This document shows positions 18,642 to 28,414 of a stretch of 64,000 nt of DNA, piece by piece. The position numbers and the translations under genes were made by a program. How positions within the stretch are numbered: position 1 is the first letter of the stretch; every line of letters begins with the position of its first letter. The notes under the pieces were generated by a model that was not told the origin of the DNA, ran no database searches, and saw only the letters and a program-made list of their open reading frames with translations. The DNA is from Rhizobium sp. Q54 (GTDB taxonomy: Bacteria > Pseudomonadota > Alphaproteobacteria > ATCC43930 > CGMCC-115725): NCBI GenBank assembly GCA_945861155.1, contig CAMATN010000004.1:3237-67236 (forward strand). Reading direction: 5' to 3'.

Positions 18642-19880
18642 ATGGCGAAAACCCGTCTTGTTTCAGTACACCCGGCTGGGCGCGACGCTCTGCCGTCGGT
18701 CGATGCCATCGTCGGACGCGACCGCCCGTCGGAGCCGCTGCTGTGCCTGCGCCCGGCGACGATCGCCGCGGCGGCGCGGGATTTTGTCCGGTCGTTCCCG
18801 GGCGACGTGCTCTATGCCGTCAAGTGCAACCCGGAGCCGCGCGTGCTGCGCGCCGTGTGGGCCGGTGGAGTGCGCCATTTCGACTGCGCCTCCTTGCCCG
18901 AGATCGCGCTGGTGCGCCGGCTGCTGCCGGGGGCAGAGGTGCATTTCATGCATCCGGTCAAGGCGCGTCCGGCGATCCATGCCGCGTTCCACCGGTACGG
19001 CGTCACCGATTTCGCCTTCGACAGCGCCGATGAACTCGAAAAGATCGTGCAGGAGACCGTGCCGGTGGGGCTGGTTGGCGCGCCCCTGGTTTTGGGCTTG
19101 TTTGTGCGGCTCGCCGTCGCGCAAGGCGGCGCCTACGATCTGTCGGGCAAGTTCGGCGTGCCGGCGATGGAGGCGGCCGCGCTGCTGCGCGCGGCGCGTC
19201 CGCATGCGGCGCGGCTCGGCATCTGCTTTCACGTCGGGTCGCAATGCCTCGACCCCGGCGCCTATGCACGTGCGATGGCGCTGGCCGCCGAGGCAGTCGC
19301 GCTGTCGGGGGTGGCGGTCGACATCGTCGATGTCGGCGGCGGCTTTCCAGTCAGCTATCCCGATGCGACGCCGCCGCCGCTCGATCACTATGTCGGCGCG
19401 ATCGGCGACGGCGCGGCGCGGTTCGGCGCGGCCGGGCTCGGCGCGACCGGGCTCGACAATGGCGTGCGGCTGTGGGCCGAGCCGGGTCGGGCGCTTGTCG
19501 CCGGCGGCGGGTCGGTCGTCGTGCAGGTACAGCTGCGCCGCGGCGACGCGCTCTACGTCAATGACGGCGTCTACGGCAGCCTCAGCGATGCCGGCCGCCC
19601 GGGCTTCCTTTTCCCGGCCCGGCGCATCCCGGTCGATCGGGCCGAGGCGGAGGACGCGCCGCTGCGCGAGTTCGCCCTCTATGGGCCGACCTGCGACAGC
19701 GCCGACCATATGAAGGGGCCGTTCCTGCTGCCCGCCGATATCGAGGAAGGCGACTGGATCGAGCTGGGCCAGCTCGGCGCCTATGGTGCGTGCCTGCGCA
19801 CCCGCTTCAACGGCTTCGACGGGGCGGTGACGATCGAAGTCGCCGACCCGCCGATGCTCGCGACGCCGGGGTACGGTTGA
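18642..19880 (+). CDS. Type III PLP-dependent ornithine/lysine decarboxylase
   Basis: YAVKCNP (PLP lysine), FHVGSQC, DVGGGFP, EPGR, YGPTCDSAD. Confidence 0.92.
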   Translation: MAKTRLVSVHPAGRDALPSVDAIVGRDRPSEPLLCLRPATIAAAARDFVRSFPGDVLYAVKCNPEPRVLRAVWAGGVRHFDCASLPEIALVRRLLPGAEVHFMHPVKARPAIHAAFHRYGVTDFAFDSADELEKIVQETVPVGLVGAPLVLGLFVRLAVAQGGAYDLSGKFGVPAMEAAALLRAARPHAARLGICFHVGSQCLDPGAYARAMALAAEAVALSGVAVDIVDVGGGFPVSYPDATPPPLDHYVGAIGDGAARFGAAGLGATGLDNGVRLWAEPGRALVAGGGSVVVQVQLRRGDALYVNDGVYGSLSDAGRPGFLFPARRIPVDRAEAEDAPLREFALYGPTCDSADHMKGPFLLPADIEEGDWIELGQLGAYGACLRTRFNGFDGAVTIEVADPPMLATPGYG

Positions 19881-19886
19881 ACCGCG

Positions 19887-20357
19887 TCAGCGGCCCCACG
19901 GCATGATCGGGACGGTCGAGATCGAGTTTTGCGGCGAGCCTTCGACGATCTTGTCACTGATCGCGATGTAGACCAGCGTGTTGCGCTTGGCGTCGACGAC
20001 CCGATAAACGTGGGTGCGCTTGAAAAACACCGAGGTGCGCGCGGAATAGACCGATTCTTCTTCGGGCAGCTTGGCGGCGTCGATAGCGATCGGGCCGATC
20101 TGGCGGCAGGCGATCGAAAACCGCGACGGATCCTCGGCCAGCCCCAAACCGCCTTTGACGCCGCCGGTGCGGGCTTGGCTGATATGACAGGCGACGCCCG
20201 GCACCTTGGGATCGTCAAACCCGCTGACGCAGACCTTGTCGTTCGGCCCGATCAGCCGGAATGTCGTGCTGAGGCACGCCAGATCGTCGGCCCGCGCCGG
20301 CTGCGGCGACAACGCCGCGCCGGCCAGGATCAGGGCGAACAGGCGGCTAACATGCAT
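19887..20357 (-). CDS. creA: CreA-family protein
   Basis: DDPKVPGVACHISQARTGG...GLAEDPS..SIACRQIGPI...GSPQNSIS. Confidence 0.9.
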   Translation of the reverse strand: MHVSRLFALILAGAALSPQPARADDLACLSTTFRLIGPNDKVCVSGFDDPKVPGVACHISQARTGGVKGGLGLAEDPSRFSIACRQIGPIAIDAAKLPEEESVYSARTSVFFKRTHVYRVVDAKRNTLVYIAISDKIVEGSPQNSISTVPIMPWGR

Positions 20358-20401
20358 AACGGTTCCGCTCCGCGATGGCCATTTCGGTAACCAGGCTGTG
20401 T

Positions 20402-20827
20402 TCAATAGTAGAGAAACGTGTTGTGGAAGTGCTGGGCGCACACTTGGCGCAGATCGAGCACGACCGCGACCGGCCGGCGACCGCCGACCAGCGACACCGC
20501 GACGCTGATCCCCTTCAACTGCTCGCCATGATGGGGCGAGGACCGGCTGATTTCGGGGACTGCCGACACGGCCCGGACCGCGCCGCGCGGGGACGACGAG
20601 ACCACCGCCACGACGACTCGGCCGATGCTGCCGGTCGCGACAAAGCTGCGCAGTTCGTCGCCGCGCTCATCGACGAGGTCGCCGGCATCGAGCCTGATCT
20701 GCGCGCTGCGCGAGGGCCCGGCTGGGTCGTACTCGTCACAGGGAGCGGCCGACGCCATCATTGGGCAGCAGAGAGCAAAAAGCCCGGCGCCGCAGGCCGC
20801 CGACACCGATTTTCCCAAGCGCCGCAT
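20402..20827 (-). CDS. Hypothetical secreted protein
   Basis: Signal-peptide-like N-terminus, GGAG RBS. Confidence 0.5.
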   Translation of the reverse strand: MRRLGKSVSAACGAGLFALCCPMMASAAPCDEYDPAGPSRSAQIRLDAGDLVDERGDELRSFVATGSIGRVVVAVVSSSPRGAVRAVSAVPEISRSSPHHGEQLKGISVAVSLVGGRRPVAVVLDLRQVCAQHFHNTFLYY

Positions 20828-20840
20828 CGGTTCTCCTCGC

Positions 20841-20965
20841 GCCAATCCCGCCGGCAATCCCGCCGCCAATCCCGGTTGATATAACGCAGTTCGTTCGCCC
20901 CGGCGCATCGAAAACGTGGAGCGCTCGATGCCCGCGGTCTCTCCCTACGGCGGTCTCTCCCTACG
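20841..20965. repeat. Short tandem repeats: 3 x 12 bp (GCCAATCCCGCC-like, 20841-20876) and 2 x 16 bp (GCGGTCTCTCCCTACG, 20934-20965)
   Basis: Read directly from the sequence. Confidence 0.85.
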
Positions 20966-21100
20966 ATGGTGTTCGGCGGTCCGGCGCCTGGCGGATCGCT
21001 GATTGCAACTCCAGCGAATTTCGTGGACAAGCACCCGGACTGGCCCACCGATCGAACGAACCCACCGGAGGTTCGATCGACATCTCAGGAGATTTTGCGA

Positions 21101-21358
21101 ATGATGCGGATCGCTTTCGCCATACTTCTTGCCGCCGCCCTGGTGAGCCCTGCTTTCGCCGGGCCGGACGATGTCAAATGGGTCGCGCAATGCGTCCAGG
21201 ACAACAAGGATGAAAAAGTCGCCGTGGAGGTGATCACCAAATACTGCACCTGCATGAACGACAAGATGAGCGACAACGAGACCCAGTCGATCACGCAGTG
21301 GGAAAAGACCCATCCGACGGAACGCAGGGCCTGCGACCGCGAATCGGGCTGGCGCTAA
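21101..21358 (+). CDS. Small secreted four-cysteine protein
   Basis: AGGAG RBS, signal peptide ending AFA, YCTCM motif. Confidence 0.75.
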   Translation: MMRIAFAILLAAALVSPAFAGPDDVKWVAQCVQDNKDEKVAVEVITKYCTCMNDKMSDNETQSITQWEKTHPTERRACDRESGWR

Positions 21359-21578
21359 CAGCGGGGTTGCGTCCGGCATGCACGATCGCGCGATGGTCGT
21401 GCCGGCCGCGGCCACCCTCCCCTGCCCCCGCTCGCGGGGAGCGGATCGGACCTATCCTAATCCGCCAAGCGCAATGCAGGTCTGTTCGCGGAAATCAGCG
21501 ATTTCCGTCAACCGCTCTGTGCGGTATCGTCGCGCGACGGATTTGCCGCGAAATACCGCGTTGGAGGAGAGTCGGAGA

Positions 21579-22817
21579 ATGAGTGGAAATTACGCGCCGC
21601 TTAGCTGCCTGAATGGCGTTCGGGTCGTCGATCTGACGCAGTTTGAGGCCGGCCCCACCTGCACCGAGGCGATGGCATGGCTCGGTGCCGAGGTGGTCAA
21701 GATCGAGAACCCGATGCGGGGCGACCCCGGCCGCCAGGTCACCGGCATCGCCGCGAACGCCAGCGATTCCTATTACTTCAAGATCCTCAACGCCAACAAG
21801 AAATCGGCGACGGTGGATCTGAAGACCGCGCGCGGCATCGAGCTCGTCAAGGACATGGTCAAGAAGGCCGATGTCTTCATCGAGAACCTGGCGCCCGGCA
21901 CGATCGAGCGCTTGGGGCTCGGCTATGACGTGCTGAAGGCGATCAATCCCGGCATCATCTATGCCCAGGTCAAGGGCTTCGGCGAGGGCAGCCCGTACGA
22001 GCGCAGCCTCGCCTTCGACATGATAGCGCAGGCCGCCGGCGGCACGATGAGCGTCACCGGCGAGCAGGGTCAGCCGCCGGTCAAGCCCGGCTGCACGATC
22101 GGCGATACCGGCACCGGCATGCTGATGGCGATCAGCGTCCTCGGCGCGCTCTATGAAAAGCGCGAGACCGGCAAGGGCCGCCGCCTGCAGCTGGCGATGC
22201 AGGATTCGGTGATGCATTACATCCGGACCTCGTTCGCCGCGATGGCGAAGGAAGGCAGCACCAAGCCGGCACCGCGCATGGGCGCGCAAAGCACCTCCGG
22301 CGCGCCGGCCCCGTGCGGCATCTTCCCGACCAAGCCCGGCGGCTATAACGACTACGTTTATATCTTCTGCAGCCGCGCCAACCCCGAGCATTGGGATCGG
22401 CTGTTGAAGGTCATCGGCCGCGAGGATCTGCTCGGCGACCCGCGCTTCGCCTCCAACGACGAGCGCAACAAGCACGAGGGGCTGATCAACGAGATCCTGA
22501 CCGAGTGGACCAAGGAGCACACCAAGGAAGAGGCGATGCAGATCATCGGCGCGGCTGGTGTGCCGGCCGGCGCCGTCCACGATACGCTCGAACTGCAGAA
22601 CGACCCGAGCTTCGAGAAGCGCGGCATCATGCAGGTCATGGATCACCCCGACGGGGCGTGGAAGTGCGAGACTTGGCCGGTGCGCTTCGACGGCAAGCCG
22701 CCCGAGTTGAAGCCGTCGCCGAAGCTCGGCCAGCACACCGACGAGGTGTTCGCCAGCTGGCTCGACATGAGCGCCGGCGACATCAAGGCGCTGCGCCAGG
22801 AAAAAATCATCGGCTAG
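21579..22817 (+). CDS. Class III CoA-transferase, formyl-CoA transferase-like
   Basis: DLTQFEAGPTCT..LGAEVVKIE, GDTGTGM. Confidence 0.88.
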   Translation: MSGNYAPLSCLNGVRVVDLTQFEAGPTCTEAMAWLGAEVVKIENPMRGDPGRQVTGIAANASDSYYFKILNANKKSATVDLKTARGIELVKDMVKKADVFIENLAPGTIERLGLGYDVLKAINPGIIYAQVKGFGEGSPYERSLAFDMIAQAAGGTMSVTGEQGQPPVKPGCTIGDTGTGMLMAISVLGALYEKRETGKGRRLQLAMQDSVMHYIRTSFAAMAKEGSTKPAPRMGAQSTSGAPAPCGIFPTKPGGYNDYVYIFCSRANPEHWDRLLKVIGREDLLGDPRFASNDERNKHEGLINEILTEWTKEHTKEEAMQIIGAAGVPAGAVHDTLELQNDPSFEKRGIMQVMDHPDGAWKCETWPVRFDGKPPELKPSPKLGQHTDEVFASWLDMSAGDIKALRQEKIIG

Positions 22818-22916
22818 AACGATCCAAACCAGCGGCGCACCTCGGTGCGCCGCTTCGGTTTTGGGCGTAAGGCTGCCCTGCGCTAGGGTAAAAAATTCGT
22901 TGAGAGGATGCCTCAC

Positions 22917-24563
22917 ATGGCGGAACTGACCGGTTCGGAAATCATCGCGAAATGCCTCAAAGCCGAGGGCGTCGAGGATGTATTCTACATCATGGGCGGC
23001 CCGATGCTGCTCACCGAGTCGAAATGCATCGAGCAGGGCATCCGCATGATCGACGTGCGCCACGAGCAGGCGGCGGCGTTCTCGGCGCAGGCCTATAGCC
23101 GGCTGCGGCAGAAACCCGGCATCTGCATGGCGGCGAGCGGCCCGGCGGCGATCAACCTGTCGACCGGGCTCGCCAATGCCCTGATAGATTGCTGCCCGGT
23201 GATCGGTTTCGGCGGCGCCAGCCCGATCAGCCAGTACGGCCGCCAAGTCTTCCAGGAAATCGACCAGATGGCGATCATGCGCGGCTGCGTCAAATACGCC
23301 GACCGCGTCGTCAACATCAAGCGCATCCCGCAACAGATCAATTTCGCCTTCCAGAAGGCGATGACCGGCAAGCCGGGACCGGTCTATCTCGATTGGCCGG
23401 GCGATGTGCTCTATCAAAAGATCGAAGAGTCGCAGGTCGACTGGAGCTATGCCGGAAGGCCGATCGTCGCGGCCCGGCCCTATGCCGAGCCGAAGGCGAT
23501 CAACGCGCTCGTCGACGCGATCAACAGCGCCAAGCAGCCGATCATCGCCTCGGGCGGCGGCGTGATCTGGTCGCAGGCCTGGAACGAGATGCGGCAGTTC
23601 GTCGAAAAGGCCGGCATCCCGTTCTTCACCACTCCGCAAGGCCGCGGCGTGGTGCCCGACGACCATCCGTATTCGTACCTGACGATGCGCTCGACGGCGT
23701 TCCGCGACGCCGATCTGATCATCGTGCTCGGCACCAGGATGAACTACATCATCGGCCATGCCGCGCCGCCGCGTTTTGGCGCCAACGCCAAGATCGCCCG
23801 CATCGAGATCGACGCCGAGGAACTCGGCATGTCGGCGCGCAACGTCGACATCCCGATCGTCGGCGATTGCAAATCGGTGTTGCAGCAGCTGATCGACGCG
23901 ATCCCGGCCAAGACCGCCGAGCGTTTCTCGGGGTGGCGCCAGAAGCTGGCCGACGGCGAGGCGGCCAAGCGCACCGGACCGGGCGGCAACTACCCGACCG
24001 ATGGCGACATCCACCCGCTGCGCCTCTTTGAAGAGGTCAAGAACTTCATGAAGCGCGACGCGATCCTCGTCGTCGACGGTCAGGAAACCTTGAATTTCGG
24101 GCGCCAGTCGATGCCGACCTTCGAGCCCGGCCATCGACTGAATTCGGGTCCGTTCGGCACGATGGGCGTCGGCCTGCCGTTCGCCGTCGGTGCCAAGGCG
24201 GCCTGCCCCGACAAGCAGGTCATCTGCTGTCATGGCGACGGATCGTTCGGCCTCAACGCGATGGAACTCGATACCGCGGTGCGGCACAATCTGCCGATCC
24301 TCGTCGTGATCAGCCTCAATGGCGGCTGGACCGCCGACCCGGAGCGCAACAAGCCCGGCCGCGACCTCGGCTACACCCGCTACGACAAGATGGCCGAGGG
24401 CCTGGGCTGCTACGGCGAATATGTCGAGAAGCCGGAAGACATCCGCCCGGCGCTCGAACGCGCCGGGAAGCAGGTCGACGAGGGCCGCGTCGCCCTGGTC
24501 AACGTCAAGACCGACTACCGCGCCCGCGCCGGCACGGTGCAGTTCTCCGACTACTCGACCTGA
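22917..24563 (+). CDS. TPP-dependent enzyme (oxalyl-CoA decarboxylase / 2-hydroxyacyl-CoA lyase-like)
   Basis: RHEQAA, GPFGTMGVG, GDGSFG...N TPP motif; adjacent to frc-like gene. Confidence 0.88.
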   Translation: MAELTGSEIIAKCLKAEGVEDVFYIMGGPMLLTESKCIEQGIRMIDVRHEQAAAFSAQAYSRLRQKPGICMAASGPAAINLSTGLANALIDCCPVIGFGGASPISQYGRQVFQEIDQMAIMRGCVKYADRVVNIKRIPQQINFAFQKAMTGKPGPVYLDWPGDVLYQKIEESQVDWSYAGRPIVAARPYAEPKAINALVDAINSAKQPIIASGGGVIWSQAWNEMRQFVEKAGIPFFTTPQGRGVVPDDHPYSYLTMRSTAFRDADLIIVLGTRMNYIIGHAAPPRFGANAKIARIEIDAEELGMSARNVDIPIVGDCKSVLQQLIDAIPAKTAERFSGWRQKLADGEAAKRTGPGGNYPTDGDIHPLRLFEEVKNFMKRDAILVVDGQETLNFGRQSMPTFEPGHRLNSGPFGTMGVGLPFAVGAKAACPDKQVICCHGDGSFGLNAMELDTAVRHNLPILVVISLNGGWTADPERNKPGRDLGYTRYDKMAEGLGCYGEYVEKPEDIRPALERAGKQVDEGRVALVNVKTDYRARAGTVQFSDYST

Positions 24564-24582
24564 GGTCAGCCCTTCCTTTTCT

Positions 24583-24607
24583 CCCTCCCCCGCCGCGCGG
24601 GGGAGGG
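24583..24607. repeat. Palindromic repeat CCCTCCCCCGC-N3-GCGGGGGAGGG (related copies near 21415-21441 and 27723-27748)
   Basis: Intergenic hairpins sharing a CCCT(C/T)..CCCGC / GCGGG..AGGG core. Confidence 0.6.
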
Positions 24608-24689
24608 TTGAGGCAGGGCCGACACGAAAAGGGGCGCCTCCGAGTTCTGTGCTTTCAGGAATTCGGCGTGGCCAATCACGGAGAGCCCA

Positions 24690-25853
24690 TTGTTCCCGAC
24701 CCTGACCGACGAGCAGCGCCAATTCGTCCACACCGTGCGCGAATTGGCGCAGAGCGAGTTTCGCGAGCGCGCGCCGCGCTACATGGACGGCACCTTTCCG
24801 TGGGAGAACATGAAGGCGCTCGCCGAACTGGGCGTGCTCGGCATGGCGGTGCCGGAGGAATATGGCGGGCTGGGCCTGCCGGTGTTCGACACCGCGCTGG
24901 TGCTCGAGGAGATCGCCAAGGTCTGCTACGTAACCGCGATGGCGGTATTGGGCGAAGTCGGGGTGCAGACCCGCATCATCTCGGCCTATGCGCCCGAGGC
25001 GATCAAGCGGCGCATCCTGCCCGACGTGTGCAGCGGCGAGTGCCTGCTGGCGATCTGCATGACCGAGCCCGACGCCGGCACGGACGTTGCCAATTACAAG
25101 ACCAATGTCGACCGCATCGGCAACCGGCTGCGCCTCAACGGGGTCAAGACGTTGATCAGCCGCGCCGAGGAGGCCGGCATGTTCGTCGTCTTCACCCGCA
25201 TCGACAAGAAGCCTGGGCGCGAGGGCACCGGCTGCGTGCTGGTCGAGAAGGGCACGCCGGGTTTCACCGTCACCGGCACCTATCACACGATGGGCGGCGA
25301 GAATCTGCACGAGATCCGTTTCGAGGATTGCGAGTTGCCGCCCGAGAACCTCGTGCTCGAAGACGGCTTTCGCAAATTGCTGTCGGCCTTCAACACCCAG
25401 CGCTGCCTGAACCCGAGCATATCGCTCGGGCTCGCAGAGGGAGCGTTCGAGGAGGCCGTCAAATACGCCAAGGAGCGCCAGGTATTCGGTCGCGCGGTCG
25501 CCGATTTCCAAGGCATCCGCTGGAAGATCGCCGAGATGTACCGCGACATCGAGGCGAGCCGCTCGATCCTCTACCGCGCCTGCGCCACCGCCGACCCGTT
25601 CCCCGACCCGCTGCTGGCCGCCGCCGCCAAAGTCACGGTCAACGAGATGGCGCTGCGGGTCACCAGCGACGCGATCCAGGTGCATGGCGGCTATGGGTTT
25701 ACCGACGAGTACCCGGTGTCGCGGTTTTATCGCGGGGCGCGCTACGGCACCCTGGGCGGCGGCACCTCGGAGACCTTGCGCGACCTGATCGGCAAGCGCG
25801 TCATCGCCGGGGTCGACCCGGTCGACGGGATCTTCGGCCTCGGTGCATTCTGA
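24690..25853 (+). CDS. Acyl-CoA dehydrogenase
   Basis: MTEPDAGTD, RQVFGRAVADFQ, QVHGGYG, GGTSE. Confidence 0.92.
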   Translation: MFPTLTDEQRQFVHTVRELAQSEFRERAPRYMDGTFPWENMKALAELGVLGMAVPEEYGGLGLPVFDTALVLEEIAKVCYVTAMAVLGEVGVQTRIISAYAPEAIKRRILPDVCSGECLLAICMTEPDAGTDVANYKTNVDRIGNRLRLNGVKTLISRAEEAGMFVVFTRIDKKPGREGTGCVLVEKGTPGFTVTGTYHTMGGENLHEIRFEDCELPPENLVLEDGFRKLLSAFNTQRCLNPSISLGLAEGAFEEAVKYAKERQVFGRAVADFQGIRWKIAEMYRDIEASRSILYRACATADPFPDPLLAAAAKVTVNEMALRVTSDAIQVHGGYGFTDEYPVSRFYRGARYGTLGGGTSETLRDLIGKRVIAGVDPVDGIFGLGAF

Positions 25854-25878
25854 CCCCTCACAGCCCGGCGCGGCGCCG

Positions 25879-26676
25879 TTACACAGCCAGCTCCAGCGGC
25901 CCATAAAGCCAGGCCAGCCAGATCGCCGCTGCGAGATAGGGGCCGAACGGGACTCGCGTCGCCGCCGACAGCGGAACCCGCCGCAACAGGTGCACCGCCA
26001 GAACGACCGTCAGCGCCAGCGCCGCCGCCGTCAGGACGATCGCGGGCAGCGCCTGCCAGGAGAGCCAGGCGCCGCCCGCGGCCAGCAGTTTCGCGTCGCC
26101 GAGCCCCAACCCCTCGCGCCGGCGCAGTATCCGGTAAAGCCACCCGATCCCGGCCAGCGCGCCATAACCCAGCGCCGCGCCGAATACATGGTCTTGCAGC
26201 GAAGCGGGCGAGACCCAGGCGATTACGGCGAGCCCGGCGAGGAGGGTCGGCAATGTCAGGAAATCGGGCAGCCGATAGCAGCGCAAATCGATCAGGCTTA
26301 GCGCCAGGAGGGTCCAGCCGAGCGCGCAGCTGACCCACAGCAGCCAGCCCGACGCCACGGTCGCTGCCCAGAGCGCGATCCCGGCGGCGGCGAACTCGAC
26401 GGCGGGATAATGCCAGCCGATCACTGCCGCGCAGTCGCGGCAGCGGCCCTTCAACAGGACCCAGCCAACAATCGGCACGAGGTCGCGCGCCGCGATCGGC
26501 GCGTGGCAGGCAGGACAGGCCGAGCGTCCGAATGCAACGCCGTCCAGCCCGGGATAACGCAACACCGTCACCAGCACGAAACTGCCGATAAAGGGGCCCA
26601 GGATGACGGGAAACAAATCGGCTGCGATCACTGAACGAGCGCCTTGACGACGCGCCGGGCCAATGGCCGAGCGCAA
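25879..26676 (-). CDS. A24 prepilin peptidase/N-methyltransferase (PilD-like)
   Basis: RSACPAC..GRCRDC, IDLR..LPD, GLGLGDAKL, PFGPYL. Confidence 0.9.
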   Translation of the reverse strand: MRSAIGPARRQGARSVIAADLFPVILGPFIGSFVLVTVLRYPGLDGVAFGRSACPACHAPIAARDLVPIVGWVLLKGRCRDCAAVIGWHYPAVEFAAAGIALWAATVASGWLLWVSCALGWTLLALSLIDLRCYRLPDFLTLPTLLAGLAVIAWVSPASLQDHVFGAALGYGALAGIGWLYRILRRREGLGLGDAKLLAAGGAWLSWQALPAIVLTAAALALTVVLAVHLLRRVPLSAATRVPFGPYLAAAIWLAWLYGPLELAV

Positions 26677-26950
26677 TCGATCTTACAAACATCCCCGGCC
26701 CGACCGCCAGAGCCGGAGGTCGCCAACCTCGACCGCATCGAATACGGATGGCCGGCGCGCCCACCATCATCGGATGTCCCCAGCCGGGCAGGTGAATTTC
26801 ACTAAAATACAAAATAAAATCATCCGCAAGACTATTCAAATACCTGTTGTATTGCTTCAAGATATTTGGCGAAACGCGGCCTTGTTAACGAAACCCACAA
26901 TACTTGCCCGCGATATGATTGCTCGTCAGGGAATTGAACGAGCGAGCAGC

Positions 26951-27364
26951 ATGTACCCGGATCAGAATCACATACTCGTGATCGACAGCGAAACGACACG
27001 CCGGCAATTGACCGAGCGGGTTTTGCTGCAGGAGGGCTTCGTCGTCACGGCGGTGTCTGAGGGATTTTCCGCGATACGCGCCGCGAGCTGCCATCGGTTC
27101 GCGCTAGCGCTCACCGCGGTGCAATTGCCCGGCACGCTCGACGGCGTCGTCACCGTGCGTCAGATCCGGGCGGGCCAGCCCCGGCTCAAGGCCCTCTATA
27201 CCGGCGAGGCCGCCCGGCGGCCGGCGTTGCCCGATCTGGGTCGCGACGATTTCATTGCCTCGCCGTATCTGGGACGCGAACTGCTCGGCTGCGTGTTCGA
27301 ATTGCTGCAGCGCGACCCGTCGCGAGAGGCCGCCGGGCTGCGCTATCGTGGCCGCGCCGGGTAG
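26951..27364 (+). CDS. Single-domain receiver-fold protein with degenerate phospho-site
   Basis: ILVIDSE..., LTAVQLPGTLDG (Ala where Asp expected), IASP (Ser where Lys expected). Confidence 0.75.
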   Translation: MYPDQNHILVIDSETTRRQLTERVLLQEGFVVTAVSEGFSAIRAASCHRFALALTAVQLPGTLDGVVTVRQIRAGQPRLKALYTGEAARRPALPDLGRDDFIASPYLGRELLGCVFELLQRDPSREAAGLRYRGRAG

Positions 27365-27404
27365 CGCAACAGCAGCGTCCCCGGAGGGTCGTCCGTATTA
27401 CGGG

Positions 27405-27716
27405 CTAGCTGCGCTTGCGGCGCGGCGCGTGCGCGGCGGGCCGCGCCGACGGTTTACGGCGGGTGGACGCAGCTCGAGGCTTCGCCCCCGCTTTTTTGGG
27501 TTTGCGCCGCGAGAGCCGCCCGGCGATCCAGGCCAGCGCCACGGGACCGCGGCCGTCGGCGAACAGCGCCACCGGAATCGACACGAGCCCGAGCGCCATG
27601 ACCGCCGCCGCCGTGCGCTCCCATTCCGAGAATTCGCCGACGACGATCGCGAACCCAAGGACCAGCCCGAGACCGAAGACCAGCAGCGCGGACTTGGTGT
27701 AGCGCATTTGCGTCAT
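27405..27716 (-). CDS. Small membrane protein with basic tail
   Basis: Two hydrophobic helices then a K/R-rich C-terminus. Confidence 0.6.
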   Translation of the reverse strand: MTQMRYTKSALLVFGLGLVLGFAIVVGEFSEWERTAAAVMALGLVSIPVALFADGRGPVALAWIAGRLSRRKPKKAGAKPRAASTRRKPSARPAAHAPRRKRS

Positions 27717-27759
27717 CACAGACCCTTCTCCCGCGGAGCGGGAGAGGGAATCATATCGT

Positions 27760-28350
27760 CTATTCCGCCGCCGGCGCTTTCGCGGTGCCGAAATGCGGGT
27801 AATTGGTATCGTCGACGAAGGCTTCGTCGCCCTCGGTCGGCACCGGCTCCGCGTAGTCGATCGCGCCCTGGATGTTGTCGCCCCACACCTCGCGCGGCAA
27901 TTCGTACAGCACCTCGACGCCATACCCGTTGGGGTCGCTGATATAGAGGCTGTGGGTCATGCCGTGATTGACCCGGCGGTGGAACTTGACGCCGTTCTGG
28001 CGCAGCCACGCCATTTGCTTAAGCCAGGCTTCGCGGTTCGGCATCGTGATTGCGATGTGGTTGATCGCGACCGGCATGTCGAACATCTGCCAGTCGGCCG
28101 GCGGCTTCGGCAGGTTCGGGTTCTCCACGAGCGCGATGTCGTGGTGGTTCATCTGCCCGCTATGGTCGCCGCTATAGAAGCGCATCGGGCGGCGGCTCGA
28201 CGCGCCGACCTGCTTGAAGCCGAGTATCTCGGTCCAGAAGCGGTGCGACTCCTCGATGTCGCGCACGTTGATCACCAGATGGTTGATGCCGCCCGGGGTC
28301 ACCGCTTCAGCCGGGGCCGGGGGAGCGATAGGGGAAGTCCCGTCCGCCAT
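27760..28350 (-). CDS. VOC/glyoxalase-family protein
   Basis: INHLVINVRD, HHDIAL, SLYISDPNGYGVE. Confidence 0.88.
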   Translation of the reverse strand: MADGTSPIAPPAPAEAVTPGGINHLVINVRDIEESHRFWTEILGFKQVGASSRRPMRFYSGDHSGQMNHHDIALVENPNLPKPPADWQMFDMPVAINHIAITMPNREAWLKQMAWLRQNGVKFHRRVNHGMTHSLYISDPNGYGVEVLYELPREVWGDNIQGAIDYAEPVPTEGDEAFVDDTNYPHFGTAKAPAAE

Positions 28351-28414
28351 GATCTTGTCTCCCAATGTGTTCCAGTAGTATAGGGCTGCGCCGCGCGCTT
28401 TGCGAGGCGGCAAA

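Noticed and set aside
19424..19455. 15-bp in-frame duplication in the decarboxylase (GAAGL GATGL)
   Set aside because: Ordinary slippage in a probable loop; frame preserved
21495..25904. 1,469-aa minus-strand ORF
   Set aside because: Antisense to three well-supported genes; codon-bias artefact
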